DNA from: a virus
Strand: one strand, 5' to 3'
IMG/VR virus record: IMGVR_UViG_3300033562_000245
Location: 54,499 to 118,498 of that record
DNA: 64,000 nucleotides
The notes below the pieces were generated by a model. It saw only the letters and a list, made by a program, of their open reading frames with translations, had not been told where the DNA came from and made no database searches. Made by a program: the position numbers and the translations under genes. Of the stretch, positions 9,673 to 19,480 are shown piece by piece (the first letter of the stretch is position 1; every line of letters begins with the position of its first letter).

Positions 9673-10521
9673 ATGGAAACTGTTGCACTTATTGTTATTA
9701 TCATTGCATGTGCATTAACTATAATAGTCTTACTACCGAAAACTATTACAACACTAATAGATCATTTTTGTTCAGAAGATGATGCTGAAGAAACTAAGTA
9801 TGTTAAAGTTAACCATCAAATGGCTTACGAAAGAGAAGAGAATACTATAACGTTTTATTTTGATACCTCTCTTGAAGACAGCACTATTAAAAAGATGAAA
9901 TCCATAAGAGAAATTCTTTCTATAGTTGAAGTATTCGACTCCAAGAAAATGGCTATTAAGATTTATAAAAATAAATTATATTCTTGGGATGAGTGTGAGT
10001 CTATAATCGTCGCTCATATCGGTAGTATATTTCATAAACAATTATTGAAAAATGATTTTGACGGCGATGAACTTAATAGCGTTCCGCAAGGCTTCCGATT
10101 TCGTAACCCTGATATCAAATTTTGCCCGCTCGACCTTCAAAAAGAAGTTACGGAAAGAACTAAAACTTGGGCATCGGAAGGGTTCCCGAATAAGTTTGCA
10201 GGTTTATTGTCCGCAGTACCTGAAGATTTAATCACCGAACTAGCAAAAGATATGCCTGCTCTAAGCGATGAAGAGGTTACTGAGTTTGTGAACAACATAC
10301 CTAGTATGACCGTTGAATCCGACCCGGAAAACCAACAATCGGTTGAAGATGATGATAAAACATGTGACGAAGTCTATGAAGACGGACCGGACATATATAC
10401 ATGCGACTGTGAACGAATGATTAACACAGATCCTGATCCAGGCCTATACTGCTCTAAATGTGGAGGAGCTTTAACAGTAAAAAGAGTTCGTGCTAGAAAC
10501 GATATTATGACATCGTGTTAA
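9673..10521 (+). CDS. Membrane-anchored protein with C-terminal Zn-ribbon
   Basis: N-terminal TM; CDC...YCSKCGG near the C-terminus. Confidence 0.6.
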   Translation: METVALIVIIIACALTIIVLLPKTITTLIDHFCSEDDAEETKYVKVNHQMAYEREENTITFYFDTSLEDSTIKKMKSIREILSIVEVFDSKKMAIKIYKNKLYSWDECESIIVAHIGSIFHKQLLKNDFDGDELNSVPQGFRFRNPDIKFCPLDLQKEVTERTKTWASEGFPNKFAGLLSAVPEDLITELAKDMPALSDEEVTEFVNNIPSMTVESDPENQQSVEDDDKTCDEVYEDGPDIYTCDCERMINTDPDPGLYCSKCGGALTVKRVRARNDIMTSC

Positions 10522-10557
10522 TTTAAAGTAAAATAACTAATAATATCGAGGTAATCT

Positions 10558-10950
10558 ATGGGAGTAAAATTTGAAACTCAGTTGCAGGTTGTAGTATTTG
10601 CTTGTGAGTTTATAGTAAAAAATTCTAATTACAAGAAAAAGAAGTCTAAACAATTTGCTCAGCCAATGTTTGCTCTTGGGGCTTTGCTAGAGGCATGTGA
10701 AGTTTTACATAAAGATCTTTGGTTGTGGAAATCACAGACCGGCGAACAGTCAGCCAACTATCCTGGCTTTCATTATCTGGAACATGCCCTTGAGCATCAG
10801 AAAATGAAAGTTCCGTTTAAAGACTTTATTATGATTTACAATTCGGCTTTTAATTGGCTGTATCATAAAAAGAAACACGATTACAATGCCGAAGAACATG
10901 CCGATAAGAAAAAAGGTATGGCTATGAAAATAGCAAAGATGTTAAAGTAA
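10558..10950 (+). CDS. Hypothetical protein (130 aa)
   Basis: ORF with GAGG RBS. Confidence 0.65.
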   Translation: MGVKFETQLQVVVFACEFIVKNSNYKKKKSKQFAQPMFALGALLEACEVLHKDLWLWKSQTGEQSANYPGFHYLEHALEHQKMKVPFKDFIMIYNSAFNWLYHKKKHDYNAEEHADKKKGMAMKIAKMLK

Positions 10951-10955
10951 TTTAG

Positions 10956-10978
10956 AGGTTGGGGTAAAACCCAACCTT
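10956..10978. terminator. Hairpin, terminator-like
   Basis: AGGTTGGG-GTAAAA-CCCAACCT. Confidence 0.65.
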
Positions 10979-11019
10979 TATAATCTGTTAATTTTTTAAA
11001 GGAATTTGGAAATATTTAG

Positions 11020-11397
11020 ATGTCGGAAATTATACCAATCAAAGATAATACTTACAAAGTAATAATTAGGGTAGGAGCTCTTATAAACCACAGTACTCTT
11101 TTTTATTATTGGCCTGATTGTAATAAATCGCCACACCCAACAGAAAACTTAAGGCCTGCTAGAGAGAATAATTTAAAATACCCTCATCAGATATTCGATG
11201 GTAAATTCAATGGTATCGGCTGGGATTGTATACGGATAGGTTACGGTAAACTAAGAGAAGAATGTCTTACGATTCCGTTGGTCGTTGATGTGTTCGGTAA
11301 TGGTTCGATACACGTATTTGAAACTGACGGCGTTATGATTGTAGATGAAAAAGATATATGTCCTCATTGTGGAGAATATACAAAATTACCGGATTAA
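11020..11397 (+). CDS. Hypothetical protein, C-terminal CPHC
   Basis: ORF with AAGGA RBS. Confidence 0.6.
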   Translation: MSEIIPIKDNTYKVIIRVGALINHSTLFYYWPDCNKSPHPTENLRPARENNLKYPHQIFDGKFNGIGWDCIRIGYGKLREECLTIPLVVDVFGNGSIHVFETDGVMIVDEKDICPHCGEYTKLPD

Positions 11398-11410
11398 TTA
11401 CGGAGATAAA

Positions 11411-11815
11411 ATGTACCCCATTTATGTGCGTAAAATAAATTCTATAAAACCTAATAAAATAGATAATACTAATTTTATCTATATAGGTAGAGGGAACAAA
11501 TATTTAGAAGAATCTTTATTACATAACCCAGCTCCTATAACTAAGTTTACATCTAGAAATAGAAGTCTTCAAATTTATAGGGTATGGATATGGGAGGCTA
11601 TAAAAGCTAGACATAACGAATATAGAGAACTGCTTAGATTAGTAGAATTAGCCAACCAACATCCTATCACACTCGTATGCTTTTGTATCGATTCCGACGA
11701 AGCAACCGAAAACGAGTTTATTGAATGTCACGGACAATTAATAAGAAAAGCTATGATTTACTTAGACAATTTAAACAAAGGAAACAATAATGCAGACCAA
11801 TTCGTATTGGCGTAA
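11411..11815 (+). CDS. DUF4326-family protein
   Basis: YIGRG...S.L.NP...LVCFC...CHGQLI signature; start moved to ATG 11411 because of the GGAG RBS. Confidence 0.75.
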   Translation: MYPIYVRKINSIKPNKIDNTNFIYIGRGNKYLEESLLHNPAPITKFTSRNRSLQIYRVWIWEAIKARHNEYRELLRLVELANQHPITLVCFCIDSDEATENEFIECHGQLIRKAMIYLDNLNKGNNNADQFVLA

Positions 11816-12269
11816 AATACATATCCAAATTACACCAGACTCCGAACAGATGAATAAATTCGTAGAAGATATGGTCATGATATCGAACGGCCATATGGAA
11901 CAGACAATAGATGACATCTTTGATATTTTTGATATGTATAGATATGAAAAGAAAGGTACGCTGGCTTTTCAACTCAAGAGAGGATTACAGCTAATAACAA
12001 AAATCAAATATATGGAAAATAATAACAAATCTGTTTTTCATCCAGAAAACAGTACGATCGATATTGAGAGAGATATGGTAAGTCTTTTAGCAACAATATC
12101 TGAAGTAGAAGAGTTACCTCACGGTAATAAACTTCTGTTTGGATTAACTATCAGTCACGACGATATTACATTAACATTTGCTGATGATATAATTAAAGAT
12201 GGTAAAAGTATCTCTAATCTATACCTCGGAGAAACTTTTAAAGAAGCTTTTAAAGCAGTTATGTTCTAA
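11790..12269 (+). CDS. Hypothetical protein (159 aa)
   Basis: ORF with AAGGA RBS. Confidence 0.65.
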   Translation: MQTNSYWRKIHIQITPDSEQMNKFVEDMVMISNGHMEQTIDDIFDIFDMYRYEKKGTLAFQLKRGLQLITKIKYMENNNKSVFHPENSTIDIERDMVSLLATISEVEELPHGNKLLFGLTISHDDITLTFADDIIKDGKSISNLYLGETFKEAFKAVMF

Positions 12270-12343
12270 AATTCTTTTTGGTTGTTTAAATACCACCGCT
12301 ACAGTATAAATGATAAACTTCACTAATACTAATACGCGAGGTA

Positions 12344-12715
12344 TTGAAAATGCCAATTAATAAAATCGACTGTCAAGAGAAACACAGTTTCTTAAAGATT
12401 AACGACCAAAGAACAGATATTATTATTTATCTTAGAAATAAATCTTTATTAACACAAACTAGGGATCACGACTTAAGATATTTTATATTTAGTTTGATGA
12501 CCGATATAACCAAAGGTTCTTTCTTAGATGTGCCGTCTACTGAACAGCGATTAAAGATCTTAGGGTGTATAGACGAATACAAAAAATCAGAAGATTTGGT
12601 TGTTTCGTATTCTGGACAGCCTGCATCGAATAAGTTAAAATCTTTAGATAGACTAATTCAACTTATAAATGATTTTTATACGTTAGACAAAAAAGATTTA
12701 TACAACAAAAATTAG
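12344..12715 (+). CDS. Hypothetical protein (~121-123 aa)
   Basis: ORF with GAGGT RBS; likely ATG at 12350. Confidence 0.6.
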   Translation: MKMPINKIDCQEKHSFLKINDQRTDIIIYLRNKSLLTQTRDHDLRYFIFSLMTDITKGSFLDVPSTEQRLKILGCIDEYKKSEDLVVSYSGQPASNKLKSLDRLIQLINDFYTLDKKDLYNKN

Positions 12716-12723
12716 AAGTAAGT

Positions 12724-12770
12724 TACAGGCGACATACACCGGGGCTTGCGCCCCGGTGTATACGCCTGTA
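12724..12770. terminator. Long hairpin, terminator-like
   Basis: TACAGGCG-AC-ATACACCGGGGC-TTGC-GCCCCGGTGTAT-A-CGCCTGTA. Confidence 0.75.
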
Positions 12771-12781
12771 GGAGATAAATA

Positions 12782-12990
12782 ACACTTGTTTAGAGATCCT
12801 AAAGGAACGAAATAGATCTCAACAGTGTCGGGGTCCTGTCTTACTGAAGCACACGACAGATACCCCCATGAATGACAGTAGTAAATAAGACTTTAATAAG
12901 AAAAACCGAGGAAAACTTATAAAAGTAGGAAAACCTATTTATGTCCTGCCCATATCTTAGACTCAAAGTATCGGAGGCGATGAGTCGAAG
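12782..12990. ncRNA. Candidate small structured RNA
   Basis: Four hairpins (12782-12828, 12830-12866, 12924-12939, 12960-12986) and a possible pseudoknot between convergent genes. Confidence 0.35.
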
Positions 12991-13008
12991 CAAACAGTTT
13001 TATTTTAT

Positions 13009-13485
13009 TTAAGCTAATTTATTGGCTTCTTCTTTAGCCAATATATCCGCTAATTGATTTTGTATAGGTGAATCTTCTTGATGTGCTCTTGTCCAACTAA
13101 ATTTAATATCCAATCTAGCTTTTTGTTTGTCGATCTCCAACCACAATTCTTTATTCTTAACCGGTTGGCTTGTCCTATGTCCGGTCCAATTATTCTTTTT
13201 CCAGTTATGTATCCAAACGTTACTTCCCTTTACAGTATATTCACTATCACTAACCACGGCTACAGCTGCGTTATCTGGTAAATTCTGTAAGGCTTTAATA
13301 ACCCCAGTCATTTCCATTTTATTATTAGTTGTATCTTTTACTCCGCCTGACATTACTTCTTTTCTTCCATCAGGGTATTCAGTAAGAGCACTCCATCCAC
13401 CTCTGTTTCCAGATAATAGAGATCCGTCAGTGTGTATAACAATTCTATCAGAATCTTCTATTGTATTTTTTTTCTTTTTTGCCAT
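13009..13485 (-). CDS. rnhA: Ribonuclease HI
   Basis: HTDGS, TNNKMEM, SDSEY, WTRAH, NQLADILAK motifs. Confidence 0.95.
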   Translation of the reverse strand: MAKKKKNTIEDSDRIVIHTDGSLLSGNRGGWSALTEYPDGRKEVMSGGVKDTTNNKMEMTGVIKALQNLPDNAAVAVVSDSEYTVKGSNVWIHNWKKNNWTGHRTSQPVKNKELWLEIDKQKARLDIKFSWTRAHQEDSPIQNQLADILAKEEANKLA

Positions 13486-13508
13486 GATTAGTTATACCCT
13501 TAATTCTC

Positions 13509-14237
13509 TTATGCCGCCATTTGATTCTGTTGTATTTGTGGCGGAGCATATTGACCTAAACCGACGTTAAAATGTTTAAGATCGAATATATTTTCAAAAG
13601 GAATATTAATTAAAGTATTAGTAAAAGCTCCGTGTAGTGTTTTTTCCAGATCGGAAGGTGACCCCGACTCGATATACTGCTTAACAATATTTAACCATCC
13701 TGTCCTATAATATTTCCTATAGAACTTAAATATTAGTCTGTCGTACTCAGAAGGATTAACTTCAAATTCCATTGTTGTTTTTATATCCTGAACTGCATTA
13801 CTAAAAATTACGCAAAGGATACTATTAAGAACAATTAGAAATAATGTTTCAAGATAATCGACATTACGAATTGAGGTCTTGGATATCACGAAGGTTGCTA
13901 TTTTTTCTCTTAGATTAGTACTATGAATAAAGGATTGAATATAATTAGGAACATCTATATCCTCCTGTCTTGTTATCGCATTTAGTTTTCCTGCTTCATT
14001 CTTTCCACGAGTATCGTAATAAATATATTCAACAAGTAGCATACGTACAACACTTGTAAGCATAGTTGAATTATTTATTAGATTCAATACCTCGGTTGAG
14101 TCAAACGACTCCTTAATAAAACTGTTTAAATTTTGTACCGTTTGTTGTGTTATTGAATTCTGAAACGTGTACGGACTGTGAAACCTTAGAATTTTGGATG
14201 AACTACTTTCTGCATTCGCATTATTGAATACTATCAT
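13509..14237 (-). CDS. Hypothetical protein (242 aa)
   Basis: ORF with GAGGAG RBS. Confidence 0.7.
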   Translation of the reverse strand: MIVFNNANAESSSSKILRFHSPYTFQNSITQQTVQNLNSFIKESFDSTEVLNLINNSTMLTSVVRMLLVEYIYYDTRGKNEAGKLNAITRQEDIDVPNYIQSFIHSTNLREKIATFVISKTSIRNVDYLETLFLIVLNSILCVIFSNAVQDIKTTMEFEVNPSEYDRLIFKFYRKYYRTGWLNIVKQYIESGSPSDLEKTLHGAFTNTLINIPFENIFDLKHFNVGLGQYAPPQIQQNQMAA

Positions 14238-14287
14238 GGTAAACTCCTCTGTTAATGATTATACACATTATTGTGTACATAAATAAC

Positions 14288-14620
14288 GATCACTTAAGAA
14301 TGCCTAGCTTAGCACAGAGGATAGTTACTGTCCTAAGTGATCTCGTTTTGGTGTAAAATCCTTTATTCTACACCTGAATGTGTGACGGTTAATAAAAGTA
14401 AGGCGATTAACTCTCTAAAGACATTTTAACAATAGACTTATGCGGTTACTTAGAACCTGTTATTTTTGAATCTCACATGTAAAGTAATTTACATTCTGGA
14501 TTCCTTTAATTGTCATTGTTAAAATTCTCGGTATAAACCCGTTCGTTTAACTTCAAGCAATAATTATAATATCACCCTCTTCTTTCTTATAAGTATATAC
14601 ACTTCGACTGGACGTCGAGG
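14288..14620 (+). ncRNA. Candidate structured RNA
   Basis: Nested stems 14288-96/14334-42, 14350-55/14369-74, 14424-33/14515-24, 14384-88/14539-43, 14602-14620; G-U pairs favour the plus strand. Confidence 0.3.
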
Positions 14621-15039
14621 TATAATTATGTCTCCTGTAACATAAACATATACTTACAATGACTGGGCGAGAGTTAATCTATTACCTTACATTCCTCACT
14701 AAAATATAAAACTACAACTTGGCACTCTGTAGTATATAAAAACTATAACATCATAGATGTATCTAATTTCTGAATCTCGATTATCGGCATAAACCTTGTT
14801 GGATTCTCTTAATTAGTTTCGTATACACTGACCAGAGGTCGTTACCGCTAAGTACGTTTGTATTCCCTAAATTCCAAATCATCGCTGATTATAGAAAAAC
14901 TTTATTCATAAGTATCTGTAAAATAATTAACAATCAATTTATTAAATTAATAAACCAAGGTAAAACAGTAGACACTTATAATTACTTTTGTGAGTACCAA
15001 GCTGTAGTTAAATTCATTATAACCCTTTCTAAATAATCG

Positions 15040-15900
15040 TAACTTAACTTTATTTTTTATATTAGTAATATTACTTAGTTACGGCAAATTCTTTACTTTC
15101 TCCAACACTTAACTATAATAAACTTAACTATATCCCTACATATCATACCAAACAATAATTATTATTTTACATTTGTTTTAAAAATCATCAATACGACAAT
15201 GAAGCGACCACAAAGTGGTCGCATCAGTTTTGATTAAGAGATAATAGCCGGTTAGTGTTCCTACAGAACACTAATCCGGCGATAGTTTAACCCAAATGAG
15301 ATATTTTATTATACCATATCAGTCGTACGCCTACGGCTTCCTCCTTAGTTGGTATAATAAAAATATATATATATTTGTCAGTTTAATTTTAATTGTTTTA
15401 CTTAGTCAGTATTGTTTTATTCGTGTGAGGGTTTTAGTTTCTTTTTGAAACTAAAGTAACCCGAATTAGAATAAAATCAGATGATTCTTTTTCCTTCGCT
15501 TTTGCTACGGAAAAGAATTTAAGCTAAAGCTTTTTCTAAACGGTTTACCTTCTGGTACTCAACCGAGCTTCTACGAACCTCTCTGAGTACTTATATACAA
15601 TGATATTGCCATTATTCTCTGACCATCCGGAGCCGGGTCTATGACCCTCTGATGGTATACTCTACTACTCTACTACTACGTAGTAGTAGAGTAGATAGGG
15701 AACGTGTGTGCGCATGCGCGCGTATATATATAGAACGATGCGTTTATTATATAATTCGTACTCGGCATTACAACTATGAATAGTATAAATTTAAACAATT
15801 TAAAAATCAAACGATAATATTCTGAATTAGTTGCAAAGTATTTACTGTAAAAAAATAATTATCAATGAAGATAATATGCATAAAAAATATACAATAAATT
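15040..15900. other. Hairpin/palindrome array plus AT-rich tract; candidate replication origin
   Basis: At least 8 inverted repeats, ACTTAACT direct repeats, a perfect 30-bp palindrome and a 31-bp alternating purine/pyrimidine run; no ORF; lies between divergent gene blocks. Confidence 0.4.
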
Positions 15901-15923
15901 AAACTTAAAGGGTGTAGTGAATA

Positions 15924-16940
15924 ATGCCTCTCGAAAACACATATCAAATTCAAATAGATGCGCTATGCCGGATGTTTCCTGACATAGATAATTTTGTAGT
16001 CAACTATAACTCAGGTATCGAAGATGACGATGAACCGGAATATAATCAAGATATGTTTTTCAAATGTCTTGGTGTACTAGTTACTAAACTCTCTGAAGTT
16101 GGTATTTTATTCCACGATTCAAGTGAGGTTATTTCTTCCGGTGGTATGCGAGATTTTATCCCTTTGTTTGCCTTTACTTTTAATGATGATATAGTAAATA
16201 ATATACTTCGTCATGCTAGTGTTGAATTTGTAGAAGAACTGTCGGATATAATTCATTCTGATGATATCACAGATTCCGATACTATTCATTCGGTTATTGG
16301 TATGTTTAAAAATAACTTCACCTTGACAAACAGATGGGAAAATGCTGCCTACTACCACGATCTCTACTACAGCACTGAAGATTTTGTACTGTGGTTCAGA
16401 AGAATGTTCGAAAGGCTACATCAATTAGCTAGTCAGAGTACTACTGTCGACATCGAACTTAGTAATTTTTTTGCTTTAGTTTCTGGACATTTGTTCGATG
16501 TTTATAGTCTAATATGTGTTATTAACAGTAGACTAAATCTCTTGTTTACTCACGAAGAAATTGAATCGGTTATTCGAATCCACGATAGAGATTTACTCGC
16601 ATCTTCTACGGTAGATGCCCTTTCATTCGATAAAAGTTTGAATGTTTGTAACGGATACCATAACTATTCAACAGAAGGCGCTAAAGAAATATTTTCTACT
16701 CATCAATGTAATAACCCACATCACATCGAGTATTTTATAGAGAAAGGATTACAGCCTACAAAATTACAATTGGTTGTTACTATCTGCGATATTTATGAGA
16801 AGGGTATGGATTTAGAAGTATTTGAGAATAAATGCGCTGAGCTTATAGCTCTGGAGTTTCTCAATGAAGAATCTGTAAATTTAATTAAAAGTATCCTAAG
16901 TATCGTAAGAGGTATAGACTTCTCTAACTTGGTAGTTTAA
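15924..16940 (+). CDS. Hypothetical (possibly virion) protein upstream of vRNAP beta'
   Basis: 338-aa acidic ORF. Confidence 0.65.
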   Translation: MPLENTYQIQIDALCRMFPDIDNFVVNYNSGIEDDDEPEYNQDMFFKCLGVLVTKLSEVGILFHDSSEVISSGGMRDFIPLFAFTFNDDIVNNILRHASVEFVEELSDIIHSDDITDSDTIHSVIGMFKNNFTLTNRWENAAYYHDLYYSTEDFVLWFRRMFERLHQLASQSTTVDIELSNFFALVSGHLFDVYSLICVINSRLNLLFTHEEIESVIRIHDRDLLASSTVDALSFDKSLNVCNGYHNYSTEGAKEIFSTHQCNNPHHIEYFIEKGLQPTKLQLVVTICDIYEKGMDLEVFENKCAELIALEFLNEESVNLIKSILSIVRGIDFSNLVV

Positions 16941-16970
16941 TAATAAACCAATTAAAAAAGAGAATACTCA

Positions 16971-18380
16971 ATGTTTGATAAACGAGATTTTTTTATACAA
17001 TCAAGATCTAAATTTACGGATAAGTCTTTTTATATTACTTTATTTTCCGTCGTTCTAAATTTACCTGAATTTGAAGTTAAGGAATCAACTATAGTTAACG
17101 ATAGTGTTATGACTGAGGTGAATTCACATCTCGATGAGTTCGATATAGTAAAAATAAAAACCGAGAAGAAGTCGTACCTTGCATATGTCAATTTTTTAAG
17201 TTACCCTAGAGATGAGGAGGGTGGGGCGCCTCACGCAGATTTGATAATTCTATCCGATACACCGAACGAGCCTCTGTTTAAATTCTCAGAAGAAATGTAT
17301 ATCAAGGGTAACGATATTGAGAATTATCAAGGTATCGATAAAATAAGAACATCTTACGGAAGATATTTTTCTAATTATGTATTTCTAGTTAATCCCTTCG
17401 GGAATAAAATTCCGTACATCAATGGCATTTTTAAAGCAGCAGACATCGAAAAGGTTATTGTTGCTAAACTACTCGATGGAACTTTAGCCAAAGGACCTGA
17501 GGTCAGAGATGTTATTAGAAAATATACTTCAGCTATGTATCTGTTTGGTCACTTCTCTGAGATATGTGTGCCAACAAGTACTCTCAAAAGCATCGTAGTA
17601 GCTGATAACATAAAGAAAGAAAGGGAACGGTTGATTAATGTACATAAGCACGAATTAACCGATCCCGTTGTTGCTGCTAGTATCAATGCCCAATTGACTA
17701 AACTAGATAAAGAGAATCTTAAAGGTGACCCTTCAGAAAGATTTCACAATGCTCTTGGTGGTTCTTCTTGGGATATTAAAAGATCTAAGATGTATAATAA
17801 TATCGGCGGTATTCCTGCTTTTACAGATGAAGTTGGTAAAATTACTTTTATTCCTAAATCTCTAGCGGAAGAATGGGACAAGAATCATTTCGACGATACT
17901 GTAAATGAAATCTTTAAGGGATCATATAGTCGAGGGACGGAAACTGCGCTAGCCGGAGAACAAACTAAAATAGTAATGAGAATGTTCCAAGGCTCTGCCA
18001 TCATAGAAGATGATTGTGGCTCTAAAGATGGTTTAACTTTTCTTATTACTACCGACAATGCTAATTCATTCGAAGGTATGTACGAAGCAGGTACCGATAA
18101 AATAATAGATACTAAAAATATTAAAGCCTACATAGGTAAGTATCTAAAAGTAAGGTCTCCGATGTACTGTAAAACAGGATTCGGTAAGGGTGGCGGCGGT
18201 TTTTGTTTGAAATGTTTCGGTGAATTTTACAAACAAAGAGAAGTTAAAGCTCTGGGTCTTGATGGTGTTGTTTGGACATCTACATTTATGTTATTGAAGA
18301 TGAAAAACATGCACGGTGTTAAATTGACGAGTATGAATGTTATTGATAGTTTTTCGGACTATTTTGTTTCTAATTGGTAA
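16971..18380 (+). CDS. Virion RNA polymerase beta'-like subunit (phiKZ gp80-like)
   Basis: IIEDDCGS...VRSPMYCKT...FCLKCFG match the beta' C-terminal DCG / RSP.C / C..CYG Zn motifs. Confidence 0.85.
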   Translation: MFDKRDFFIQSRSKFTDKSFYITLFSVVLNLPEFEVKESTIVNDSVMTEVNSHLDEFDIVKIKTEKKSYLAYVNFLSYPRDEEGGAPHADLIILSDTPNEPLFKFSEEMYIKGNDIENYQGIDKIRTSYGRYFSNYVFLVNPFGNKIPYINGIFKAADIEKVIVAKLLDGTLAKGPEVRDVIRKYTSAMYLFGHFSEICVPTSTLKSIVVADNIKKERERLINVHKHELTDPVVAASINAQLTKLDKENLKGDPSERFHNALGGSSWDIKRSKMYNNIGGIPAFTDEVGKITFIPKSLAEEWDKNHFDDTVNEIFKGSYSRGTETALAGEQTKIVMRMFQGSAIIEDDCGSKDGLTFLITTDNANSFEGMYEAGTDKIIDTKNIKAYIGKYLKVRSPMYCKTGFGKGGGGFCLKCFGEFYKQREVKALGLDGVVWTSTFMLLKMKNMHGVKLTSMNVIDSFSDYFVSNW

Positions 18381-18399
18381 ATAGGGGTTTTTTGTAATT

Positions 18400-18705
18400 A
18401 TGGAGAACGTTAAGTATAGTCCCGATGCTTTAGTATTTATAGACGAAGAAAACATAGGTTGGCATGTTAGTATATATATCAAACTTATAAAACAATCGTT
18501 CGTCGGTATTAAAACAATCCGAATAGAGAAGCTAACGGACCCAGAAACAAACGATGAAAAATTAATAATAACACCGGAAATCGTAGATACAAATACTATC
18601 GAAAGTAGTTATAGTAAATACGTAGAACTCTTGGATCTAAGAATAGAAGATGACTCCATACCTGTGGAAATTTCATCTTTGATCTCTTTAGTTTGTAATA
18701 CATAA
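18400..18705 (+). CDS. Hypothetical protein (101 aa)
   Basis: ORF in operon. Confidence 0.6.
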   Translation: MENVKYSPDALVFIDEENIGWHVSIYIKLIKQSFVGIKTIRIEKLTDPETNDEKLIITPEIVDTNTIESSYSKYVELLDLRIEDDSIPVEISSLISLVCNT

Positions 18706-18736
18706 CAAAATAAATAAAATAAGGATAAATACTACC

Positions 18737-19417
18737 ATGGGCAACAAAGATTACAAGAAAAAAATGACCAGTGCCGAATCTACCGTTGGAACGGAGACTG
18801 TGACAGAAACAATGGAAGTAGAGACTGTTGAAGTAGAGCCTGTCGTTGAAACAAAAGAGGCAATCGAACCGGTAGTCGAGGAAGTACCAGAAGAAATCAA
18901 AGTTCCGGTTAAAGCTACAAAGGTAGAAGTAGAACTTAATGGTTTTGCAAAAATTGTTAAACCAAAGTCACCCGCAGAAAACACTCTATGTACTTTGATT
19001 GATATGTACATCGAACTTGTTGACAAAGAATCAGGCAAAGAGTCGGATAGGAAAGCTAAAGTACTTGCTATGAAAGATGTTCTTCTTTATCCCAGCAATG
19101 CTAATGTAACAAATAGTCTACCTCTTTACGATATGCTTCTTACCTTCATCGCCGAATATAGGAAAACCTTAGTTGTTGAACACAAAGCTCTTCAGAATCT
19201 TCAGTACATCAACAACAAACAAGAACTAATTCGCTTTACTACTATCTATACAGCTCTAACAAGTGTTGTAGATTGTAACGTAGGTAAAAAGAAATTTCCT
19301 CTGGACATATCCAAAATCAAAAGAGATCTTGGTGACGGCATTAGTAAAACCAAGTTCGAGTCTCTTATTGCGTGGTTGACGATCAAAGAAGAAAAACTAA
19401 ATAAACAATACGCATAG
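18737..19417 (+). CDS. Hypothetical protein, E/V/T-rich N-terminus
   Basis: ORF with AAGGA RBS. Confidence 0.7.
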   Translation: MGNKDYKKKMTSAESTVGTETVTETMEVETVEVEPVVETKEAIEPVVEEVPEEIKVPVKATKVEVELNGFAKIVKPKSPAENTLCTLIDMYIELVDKESGKESDRKAKVLAMKDVLLYPSNANVTNSLPLYDMLLTFIAEYRKTLVVEHKALQNLQYINNKQELIRFTTIYTALTSVVDCNVGKKKFPLDISKIKRDLGDGISKTKFESLIAWLTIKEEKLNKQYA

Positions 19418-19431
19418 AAAATACTGCCGTC

Positions 19432-19459
19432 CCACAGACCCCCTACAGGGGGTCTGTGG
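19432..19459. terminator. Bidirectional terminator-like hairpin
   Basis: CCACAGACCCCC-TACA-GGGGGTCTGTGG between convergent genes. Confidence 0.8.
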
Positions 19460-19480
19460 TATGGTTGAAACCATTTATGT

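Noticed and set aside
12841-12990. Hammerhead ribozyme (CTGAAG; GATGAG..CGAAG)
   Set aside because: CUGANGA and GAAA cores are not present in the required stem arrangement
14238-15923. CRISPR array
   Set aside because: No regularly spaced 25-45-bp direct repeats; only inverted repeats and short motifs
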